Source of the DNA: Mustelus asterias
Lineage: Eukaryota
Length of the DNA stretch: 64,000 nt
Direction of reading: 5' to 3'
Assembly: GCF_964213995.1 (NCBI RefSeq)
Contig: NC_135818.1
Coordinates: 88,040,001 to 88,104,000 of the forward strand
Shown: positions 24,180 through 33,784 of the stretch, one piece after another
Numbering within the stretch: the first letter of the stretch is position 1
Layout: each line of letters starts with the position of its first letter
Translations under genes and position numbers: made by a program
Notes under the pieces: model-generated
The model's database searches: none
The model's input: only the letters and a program-made list of their open reading frames with translations
Told to the model about the DNA's origin: nothing

Positions 24180-27100
24180 AGAGTCACAGAGGTTTACAGC
24201 ATGGAAACAGGCCCTTCGGCCCAACTTGTCCACGCTGCCCCTTTTTTTAACCCCTAAGCTAGTCCCGAATACCTGCGTTTGGTCCATATCCCTCTGTACC
24301 TATCTTACCCAAGTAACTGTCTAAACGCTTTTTAAAAGACAAAATTGTACCTGCCTCTACTACTATCTCTGGCAGCTTGTTCCAGACACTCACCACCCTC
24401 TGTGTGAAAAAATTGCCCCTCTGGACCGTTCTGTATCTCTCCCCATAAACCTATCTCCTCTAGTTTTAGACTCCCCTTCCTTTGGAAAAAGATATTGACT
24501 ATCTAGCTGATTTATGCCCCTCATTATTTTATAGACCTATATAAGACCCTCGTCAGACCCCACTTGGAATACTGTGCTCAGTTCTGGTCGCCTCATTACA
24601 GGAAGGATGTGGAAAAGATTGAAAGGGTGCAGAGGAGATTTACAAGGATGTTGCCTGGATTGAGTGGCATGCCTTATGAGGATAGGCTGAGGGAGCTCGG
24701 TCTTTTCTACTTGGAGAGACGTAGGATGAGAGGAGACCTAATAGAGGTGTATAAGATGTTGAGAGGCATAGATCGGGTGGACTCTCAGAGGCTTTTTCCC
24801 AGGGTGGAAATGGCTACGAGAGGACACAGGTTTAAGGTGCTGGGGGGTAGGTACAGGGGAGATGTTAGGGGTAAGTTTTTCAGAGGATGGTGGGCGAGTG
24901 GAATCGGCTGCCGTCAGTGGTGGTGGAGGCAAACTCAATAGGGTCTTTTAAGAGACTCCTGGATGAGTACATAGGACTTAATAGGATGGAAGGTTATAGG
25001 TAGGTCTAAAAGGTAGGGATATGTTCGGGGGCCGAAGGGCTTGTTTTGTGCTCTGGTTTTTCTATGTTTCTTTCTATGTTTCTAAGATCACCCCTCAGCC
25101 TCCTACACTCCAGAGAAAAAAGTCCCAGCCTCTCATAACTCAAACCATCAAGTCCCGGTAGCATCCTAGTAAATCTTTTCTGCACTCTTTCTAGTTTAAT
25201 AATATCCTTTCTATAATTGGGTGACCAGAACTGTACACAGTATTCCAAGTGTGGCCTTACCAATGTCTTGTACAACTTCAACAAAACATCTCAACTCCTG
25301 TATTCAATGTTCTGATCAATGAAACCAAGCATGCCGAATGCCTTCTTCACCACTCTGTCCACCTGTGACTCCATTTGAGCATGAACCTGTGTCCCGAGAT
25401 CTCTAAGTTCTATAACTCTCCCCAACGCCCTATCATTAACTGAGTAAGTCCTACCCTGATTCAATCTACCAAAATGCATCACCTCGCATTTATCTAAATT
25501 AAACTCCATCTGCCATTCGTAAGCCCACTGGCCCAATTGATCAAGCTCCCGTTGCAATCCAAGATAACTTTCTTCACTGTCCACTATGCCACCAATCTTG
25601 GTGTCATCTGCAAACGTACTAACCATGCCTACTAAATTCTCATCCAAATCATTAATATAAATGATAAATAACAGTGGACCCAGCACTGGTCCTTGAGGCA
25701 CACTGCTGGTCACAGGTCTCCAGTTAGAAAAACAACCCTCCACAACCACCCTCTATCTTTTGTCATCAAGCCAATTTTTTTATATCCATTTAGCTACCAC
25801 ACCCTGGATCCCATGAGATTTAACCTTATGCAACAACCTACCATGTGGTACCTTGTCAAAGGCCTTGCTAAAATCCATGTAGAAAACATCAACTGCACTG
25901 CCCTCATCTACCTTCTTGGTTACCCCTTCAAAAAACTCAATCAAATTTGTGAGACATGATTTTCCACTCACAAAGCCATGCTGACTGTCCCTAATCAGTC
26001 CTTGCATCTCTAAATGCCTGTAGATCATGTCCTTCAAAATACCTTCTAGCAACTTACCCACCACAGATGTGAGGCTCATCAGCCCGTAGTTCCCAGGCTT
26101 TTCCCTGCAGCCCTTTTTAAACAAAGGCACAACATTTGCCACCCTCCAATCTTCAGGCACCTCACCTGTGACTATCAATGATTCAAATATCTCTGCTAGG
26201 GGATCTGCAAATTTCTCCCTAGCCTCCCACAACGTCCTGGGATACACTTCATCAGGTCCCAGGGATTTATCTACCTTTGTGCCCTTTAAGTCTTCCAGCA
26301 CCTCCTTCTCTGTTATATGACATCACTATTTATTTCCCAAGTTCCCTAACATCCATGCTTTTCTCAACAGTGAATACTGATGAGAAATATTCATTTAGGA
26401 TCTCACCCATCTCTTGTGGATCCATACAGAGATGACCTTGTTGATCCTTAAGAGGCCCTACTCTCTCCCTTGTTACTCTTTTGGCCTTTATGTATTTGTA
26501 GAAGCTCTTTGGATTCTCCTTTGCCTTATCTGCCAAAACAATCTCATGTCCCCTTTTTGCCCTCCTGATTTCTCTCTCAACACTACTTCTACTCCCTCTA
26601 TACTCTTCAAGAGATCCACTTGATTCCAGCTGCCTATGCAGGTCATACGCCTCCTTCTTCTTGACTCGGGCCTCAATATCCCGAGCCATCCAGGATTCCC
26701 GGCTTCTACCACCCTTGCCCCTCACTCTAAGAGGAATGTGCTTACCCTGAACACTGGTTAACACACTTTTGAAAGCCTCCCGCTTACCCTTTGCCTTCCC
26801 ACAGACTCCTCCAATTAACTGTTGAAAGTTCCTGCCTGATACCACTGTGGCCCTGCCCCAATTTAGAATTTTAACTTTTGGGCCAGACCTATCATTCTCC
26901 ATAGCTATCTTAAAACTAATGGAATTATGGTCACTGGTCCCAAAGTGATCCTTCACTAACACTTCTGTCACCTGACCGTCCTTATTTCCCAAGAGGTCAA
27001 GTTTTGCCCCCTCTCTAGTCGGGCCATCCACATATTGAATGAGAAACTCCTCCTGAATGCACTCAACAAATTTCTCTCCATCCAAGCTCTAATACTATAG

Positions 27101-27720
27101 CTGTCCCAGTCAAAGTTGGGAAGGTTAAAATTCCCTACTATTACCACCCTATTTTTCTTGGGGCTATCTGTAATCTCCTTACATATTTGCTCCTCAATTT
27201 ACTGCCAGCTTTTTGGGGACCTATAGTGCAACCCTATCAAAGTGATTTCCCCCTTCTTATTTCTCAGTTCTACCCATATAGACTCAGTGGGTGAACCCTC
27301 GGATATATCCGCTCTCAGTATTGCCGTGATGTTTTCCTTAATCAAAAGTGCAACTCCCCCTCCTCTCTTACCTCCTGTTCTATCTTTCCTATAGCATCTG
27401 TACCCTGGAACATTGAACTGCCAGTCCTGTCCTTCCCTTAGCCATGTTTCAGTAATTGCTATGATATCCCAGTCCCACGTACCCATCCATGCACTGAGTT
27501 CATCTGCCTTGCCTGTCAGGCCTCTTGCATTGAAATAAATGCAGTTTAATCTGGACTTCCCTTGCTCTCTGTCTTGCTTTTGCCTGGTCTGTCTGGTACT
27601 ACGATTACTGACACTGCCTTTACTGTTTAATGTGGTCTCTTTAACTTCTGTGCTGTCCTCAACCTTCTCTTCCGTCTCCTTACTGCTTTGGGTCCCACTC
27701 CCCTGCCAAACTAGTTTCAG
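24180..27720 (-). mobile_element. Long degenerate CR1 (APE endonuclease plus RT) with a nested plus-strand CR1 3' piece at about 24538-25083
   Basis: ORF pieces CIYFNARG/IAITETW, SDH, GPD, QHGF and FADD; the nested copy is near-identical to 41330-41860. Confidence 0.9.
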
Positions 27721-27826
27721 TAAGGGCGGCACGGTGGCACAATGGTTAGCACTGTTGCCCTCACAGCACAGTAAGAAGTCTCACAACACCAGGTTAAAGT
27801 CCAACAGGTTTGTTTGGTAGCACAAG

Positions 27827-27863
27827 CCACAAGCTTTCAGAGCGCTGCTCCTTCATCAGGTGA
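27827..27863 (-). ncRNA. Minimal hammerhead ribozyme motif, sense to the HSPA2 pre-mRNA
   Basis: UCAC-CUGAUGA-A-GGAGC(AGC)GCUCU-GAAA-GC-UU-GUGG. Confidence 0.6.
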
Positions 27864-27950
27864 GTGGGAGTTGTGTTCACAAACATGGCATATAAAGACA
27901 CAAACTCAATTTACAAGATAATGGTTGGAATGCGAGTCTTTACATGTAAT

Positions 27951-29000
27951 TGCCTGCAGAAGGCAGAGAGTGGCTGTGGAGGGGTCTTTCTCTGCATGGA
28001 GGTCAGTGACCAGTGGAGTGCCCCAGGGATCTGTTCTGGGACCCTTGCTGTTTGTCATTTTCATAAATGACCTGGATGAGGAAGTGGAGGGATGGGTTGG
28101 TAAGTTTGCTGACGACACCAAGGTAGGTGGTGTTGTGGATAGTTTGGAGGGATGTCAGAAGTTGCAGCGAGACATAGATAGAATGCAAGACTGGGCGGAG
28201 AAGTGGCAGATGGACTTCAACCCGGATAAGTGTGTGGTGATCCATTTTGGCAGATCCAATGGGATGAAGCAGCAGTATAATATGAAGGGTACCATTCTTA
28301 GCAGTGTAGAGGATCAGAAGGACCTTGGGGTCCGGGTCCATAGGACTCTTAAATCGGCCTCGCAGGTGGAGGATGCGGTCAAGAAGGCGTACGGCGTACT
28401 GGCCTTCATTAATCGAGGGATTGAGTTTAGGAGTCGGGAGATAATGCTGCAGCTTTATAGGACCCTGGTTAGACCCCACTTGGAGTACTGCGCGCAGTTC
28501 TGGTCACCTCATTACAGGAAAGATGTTGAAGCCATTGAAAGGGTGCAGAGGAGATTTACAAGGATGTTGCCTGGATTGGGGGGCATGCCTTATGAGGATA
28601 GGTTGAGGGAGCTTGGTCTCTTCTCCCTGGAGAGACGAAGGATGAGAGGTGACCTGATTGAGGTTTACAAGATGTTGAGAGGTCTGGATAGGGTAGACTC
28701 TCAGAGGCTATTTCCAAGAGCTGAAATGGTTGCTACGAGAGGACACAGGTTTAAGGTGCTGGGGGGTAGGTACAGAGGAGATGTCAGGGGTAAGTTTTTC
28801 ACTCAGAGGGTGGTGGGTGAGTGGAATCGGCTGACGTCGGTGGTGGTGGAGGCAAACTCGTTGGGGTCTTTTAAGAGACTTCTGGATGAGTACATGGGAT
28901 TTAATGGGATTGAGGGCTATAGATAGGCCTAGAGGTGGGGATGTGATCGGCGCAACTTGTGGGCCGAAGGGCCTGTTTGTGCTGTGGCTTTCTATGTTCT
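27951..29000 (+). mobile_element. Young 5'-truncated CR1 inserted in the Penelope arm
   Basis: Open RT C-terminal frame (27925-28926); atgtaat duplicated at 27944-27950 and 29001-29007. Confidence 0.9.
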
Positions 29001-29730
29001 ATGTAATCAAGTCTTAAAGGTATAGACAATGTGAGTGGAGAGAGGATTAAGCACAGGTGAAAGAGATGTGTATTGTCTCCAGCCTGGACTGTTAGTGAGA
29101 TTTTGCAAGCCCAGGCAAGTCATGGGGGTTACAGATAGTGTGACATGAACTCAAGATCCCGGTTGAGGCCGTCCTCATGTGTGCAGAACTTGACTATCAG
29201 TTTCTGCTCAGTGATTCTGCGTTGTCATGTGTCGTGAAGGCCGCCTTGGAGAACGCTTACCCGAAGATCAGAGGCTGAATGCCCATGACTGTTGAAGTGT
29301 TCCCCAACAGGAAGAGAACACTCCTGTCTGGTGATTGTCGAGCGGTGTTCATTCTGTCGTAGCCGTCACAGGCATTCAGCCTCTGATCTTCGGGTAAGCG
29401 TTCTCCAAGAGGGCCTTCACGACACACAACGCAGAGTCGCTGAGCAGAAACTGATAGCCAAGTTCCGCACACATGAGGACGGCCTCAATCGGAATCTTGG
29501 GTTCATGTCACACTATCTGTAACCCTCACGACTTGCCTAGGCTTGCAAAATCTCACTAACAGTCCAGGCTGGAGACAATGCACAGCTCTTTAACCTGTGC
29601 TTAATCCTCTCTCCACTCAAATTGTCTGTACCTTCAAGACTTGATTACCTGTAAAGACTCGCATTCCAACCATTATCTTGTAAATTGAGTTTGTGTCTTT
29701 ATATGCCCTGTTTGTGAACACAACTCCCAC

Positions 29731-29767
29731 TCACCTGATGAAGGAGCAGCGCTCTGAAAGCTAGTGG
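29731..29767 (+). ncRNA. Minimal hammerhead ribozyme motif
   Basis: UCAC-CUGAUGA-A-GGAGC(AGC)GCUCU-GAAA-GC-UA-GUGG. Confidence 0.6.
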
Positions 29768-30859
29768 CTTGCGCTACCAAATAAACCTGTTGGACTTTAA
29801 CCTGGTGTTGTGAGACTTCTTACTGTGCTTACCCCAGTCCAACGCTGACATCTCCACATCATAGCCTCACAGCGCCAGGGACACGGGTTCGATTCCCGGC
29901 TTGGGTCATTGTCTGTGCAGAGTCTGCACATTCTCCCCATATCTGCATGGGTTTCCTCCCATAGTCCGAAAGACGTGCTGGTTAGGTGCATTGGCCAAGC
30001 TAAATTCTCCCTCACTGTACCCGAACAGGCGTCAGAGTGTGGTGACATAGGGGATTTTCATAGTAACTTCATTGCAGTGTTAATGTAAGCCTACTTGTGA
30101 CACTAATAAATAAACTTTAAAGTTGAAACTTTTTATCAGCCTTGCTATTTGAAAAAACCCTTATTTTTGCATTTTAGGCAAATTGTTATCTTGTGATCCC
30201 TAAGCCCAACTCCAAATCATTAGTGTAAACACCAGGAAGCAAGAAAATGGACGTTACACTGGTTCTGAAGGTACACTAAGTCCAACTCTTCTCCCAAGCT
30301 GGCAACTAGCTCATTGCCTCTTGGCCACCAACAGATTTTCTGTCCATGGTTCATTCTTCTTGCACCATGTACTTAAAATTTTACAACAAACCTCTGTGGG
30401 ACATTCTCAAAATCTTTCTTAAAACTTCATGTAAATATCAGCTTTTATTGCACCACTTTCCCATATGTTACTCTCATCTGTCACTGTTTCAAGAACTGTA
30501 GGGGACCTAATAACAGCAAAAACCCCAGAGTTAGCGAGGAAAAGGAGGAGTGGAAGAGAGTGGAAGAGGAAGACCTCAAAGTGAATTGAAGAATGTTTGT
30601 GGAGAAAGGAAATGAGGTTTTGCTTTTGGCTAACTTGTGTTTGAAGTGTTTCATAAATCTTTAATGTTCAGATCAAGAATTGCATTATTTCCTGAGGCAA
30701 TTGGGGGGGGGGGGGGGGGGGCGGGGGAGGGGGGTACATTTCTATTTTTGATTGTGATCCCGTTATGTCATGTAACATCATGCTCAGAGTACCATCTAAA
30801 GATGCAGTATTATTGGAATGTTATCACCACACAAAATTTTTAATAAATGTGGAGGTGTT

Positions 30860-32120
30860 CATATCATGGAGGGATCCACTGTCAATGACAGAGCTTCCTT
30901 GAGATGAACAAAGACTAATGTCAGGGGAGTCTTGTTGTGGAAAACCTCGTGTCTCATGGCACTGTACACCTTGCCCTTCCAGTAGCCATCAGAATCATTG
31001 TAGCCTTGAATTTCTTCACTTCTGGCTTCTTCCAAAGAACAGCTGTGGGCTTTGGTGGTATATCGCAAATGGCTGCATCTCAAGTTCTTGATGTCCTCTT
31101 TGCAGTACTTCCAATTCCAGACATAGGGTGCCTCACAAGAACAAAGGGTTTTGTCTCCAACACTTGATTTGTGCAGATGTAGGAGGGACATCATCGATTG
31201 ATGGCCATCAAAGCATTTAATGACCGGCTTGTGAGATTTATTAATAGGAACTGCTTTCACTTGCTCAACATTCAATTGGTCTGTGACCACAACAAGAGTT
31301 CTGTCTGTGCGCTCACTTTCCTGACAGCTGCCATGGGTCCTTCATCACCCTCCAGCCCAGGGTGCAGAAGCTTTCACTCCACCAACTAAACTCCATGGAT
31401 CCATTCTAAGGGACGAATGATAGCCGTTGAAGAGATAGCTATTTACCCTTTGCAAGAATCCAACACAGGGGCAGAGCTATTACAATTATAGCCATCTGCT
31501 CACTAAGACAACCAATGTGCAAGCCATCAAGCTTCTGAAGATGTGATTTTGGCGCTTGGACCAGTCGGGTGACAGTCGGGGGGTGGCGGGGGGGGGGGGG
31601 GGGGTGGCGGCATAGTGCTTAGCATTGCTGCCTCACAGCTCCAGGAACCTGGGTTCAATTCCGGCCTTGGGTCACTGTCCGTGTGGAGTTTGCGCATTCT
31701 CCCCATGTGTGCATGGGTTTCCTCCAGGTGCTCCGGTTTCCTCCCACTGTCCAAAAGATGTGCAGGATAGGTTGATTGGCTATGCTAAATTGCCCCTTAG
31801 TGTCCCAGGATGCATAGGTTTGAGGGATTAGCGGGCTAAATATGTGGGGTGACGGGGATAGGGCCTGGATGGGATTGTTGTTGGTGCAGACTCGATGGGC
31901 CAAATGGCCTCCTTCTGTACTGTAGGGATTCTATAAACAAATACAGTACACTCCTTTGATGTTCTCCAGAATGATAGTGGTCTGCTATATTCTCAAAAAC
32001 ATTACTCTCCAGAGAGGTGCAGACCTTGAAGAGGATGCAGTTCATAGGAGGAGGAGGATGAAGAGGAGGAGAAAGATGAAGACCCAGAGTTGCTGTGAGG
32101 TGGCAAAAGAATCCTTTAGA
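30860..32120 (+). mobile_element. PIF/Harbinger transposase relic, interrupted by a V-SINE (about 31600-31933)
   Basis: ALPVAIRIIVALNFFTSGFFQ...GGISQ, AIKA...FINRNCFHLLNIQLVCD and QYTP...SRMIVVCYILKNI match HARBI1-like motifs; frameshifted. Confidence 0.75.
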
Positions 32121-32475
32121 ATGTCCTGTGATCGTCTTTTATGTACAGATGGTTTACTTAAATTGTATCAAAGAATGATTAGTATCAAACATACAAATTC
32201 AGCTAAAAAACGTTGTTGTCTGTGCCTTAAAACGCACCAAGTTTCATTCTTCTATCACTTTCTGCTCGCTGAACTACACTGGTTTCTGGTTGGCAATGTC
32301 TCAATTTTCAAATTCTCATCCTTATTTTCAAATCTTTCCTTGGTCTCTCCCTTTTCTATCTCTGTAACCTCCTCCAGCCACACATCACATCATAATCTTT
32401 GTGCTCCTATAGTTCTGGTTACTCAAGTATTCCAGATTTTAATCGCTGCACCATTCAGCTGTTTACAATTGTCAA

Positions 32476-32719
32476 GATGTGGAGATGCCGGCGTTGGACT
32501 GGGGTAAACACAGTAAGAAGTTTAACAACACCAGGTTAAAGTCCAACAGGTTTATTTGGTAGCAAAAGCCACACAAGCTTTCGAGGCTCTGAGCCCCTTC
32601 TTCAGGTGAGTGAAGAAGGGGCTCACCTGAAGAAGGGGCTCAGAGCCTCGAAAGCTTGTGTGGCTTTTGCTACCAAATAAACCTGTTGGACTTTAACCTG
32701 GTGTTGTTAAACTTCTTAC
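32476..32719. mobile_element. Penelope-like fold-back mini-element with two hammerhead motifs and a 12-bp TSD
   Basis: Near-perfect inverted repeat of about 100 bp; tacaattgtcaa at 32464-32475 and 32720-32731; cores CAC-CUGAAGA-A-GGGGCU(CAG)AGCCUC-GAAA-GC-UU-GUG at 32572-32609 (-) and 32623-32661 (+). Confidence 0.85.
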
Positions 32720-32729
32720 TACAATTGTC

Positions 32730-32915
32730 AATGCAGGGGATTGTTAAAACTCTATATAACTGCAGGTTGTTAAGGCGCTACATCAATGCAGGGGTAGTTA
32801 AGGCGCTGTATCAGTGCAGGGGGTTGTTAAGGCGCTGTATCAGTGCAGGGGGTTGTTAAGGCGCTATATCAGTGCAGGGGGTTGTTTAGACGCTATATCA
32901 ATGCAGGGGTTTGTT
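32730..32915. repeat. Minisatellite of about 29 bp, about 6 copies
   Basis: Unit atcagtgcagggggttgttaaggcgctgt. Confidence 0.85.
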
Positions 32916-32979
32916 GTTGACGGAAGCAGCTCCGGTGCCGGCGGCCATTTCATGCCCTTCCCATCCTCACCCCGCTCAC

Positions 32980-33265
32980 CGGTGAAAGGCCAGTGCTTCA
33001 TGTCGGTCTGCACCATCGGGTCATCGAAGGTGCGACCGATCAGCCTCTTGGCGTCGAAGACGGTGTTGGTGGGGTTAATGGCCACCTGGTTCTTGGCGGG
33101 GTCGCCGATCAGGCGCTCGGTGTCGGTGAAGGCCACGTAGCTGGGAGTTGTGCGGTTTCCCTGGTCATTGGCGATGATCTCCACCTTGCCGTGCTGAAAT
33201 ACACCGACGCACGAGTAGGTGGTGCCCAGGTCAATGCCGACGGCCGCCGCCGAACGGTCCGCCAT
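32980..33265 (-). CDS. HSPA2: Hsp70, HSPA2 orthologue, coding exon 1 (95 codons + 1 nt)
   Basis: Kozak gcgccATGG; [37 protein letters not shown]; donor ACCG|gtgagc at 32979; the splice gives [14 protein letters not shown], 641 aa in total. Confidence 0.92.
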
Positions 33266-33299
33266 GGCGCCCGACTGAGACGCTGAGGGGAGCGCGCTG

Positions 33300-33620
33300 G
33301 GCAGATGGCCGTTTCTCCGCTGGCGCTCTTTTATACCCGGCCCGCCGCCGTTTTCCTCACACCTCATGCACCGCGGGCCAATCAGAGCGCGGCATTTGTC
33401 CAGCCCTGTTCGTAGAGAGATGACGCTGCGGGACGCCAGCCAATCAGAGCGCAGCGCTACGGTGCGAGGGCCGTGACGCCTGGCACGTGGGCCAGCCGCG
33501 CTTGCGCGGTAGGCCTCAGGCTCCGACCAATCAAAACAAAGGGCGCGTCGGCCAGCGCGTTTGATTGGAGAGTGGGGTCGGGGTGACGTCACCAACCGCC
33601 AGCGGCACGCGCTTCGCCAG
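33300..33620 (-). promoter_or_regulatory. HSPA2 CpG-island promoter
   Basis: TATAAAA 33329-33335; CCAAT/ATTGG at 33378, 33440, 33527 and 33564; E-box CACGTG 33484-33489; CRE TGACGTCA 33584-33591. Confidence 0.85.
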
Positions 33621-33784
33621 GCCGACCTTTGAAAAGCCCCTGGATGCGCGCCTGGCACCTCATAATATTCAGGGCTGTGGCTCGCGTGCTGGCAAGTGGG
33701 ATGAGGTGGACAGCTCGGGGCTTTTAATGGGTCCGTGCAGACTCAATGGGCTGAAAGGCCTCTTCTGCACTGTAGGATTCTGTG

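Larger units (their letters stand above)
27765..29861. mobile_element. Penelope-like element, head-to-head inverted structure with GIY-YIG C-terminus
   Basis: 29365-29830 is the reverse complement of 27765-27950 plus 29001-29286; ORF HSASDLRVSVLQEGL...EQKLIAKFRTHEDGLNRNLGFMSHYL*; extra tail of about 30 nt on one arm only. Confidence 0.85.
27724..30120 (+). mobile_element. V-SINE (Rex-like tail) split by a Penelope-like insertion
   Basis: SINE head at 27724-27767 resumes at 29865; cctcacagc duplicated at 27759-27767 and 29865-29873. Confidence 0.8.

Noticed and set aside
32864-33658. 264-aa ORF as an N-terminally extended Hsp70
   Set aside because: The extension runs through the TATA/CCAAT promoter; the Kozak ATG at 33265 matches the normal Hsp70 start, and the tail is intron read-through.
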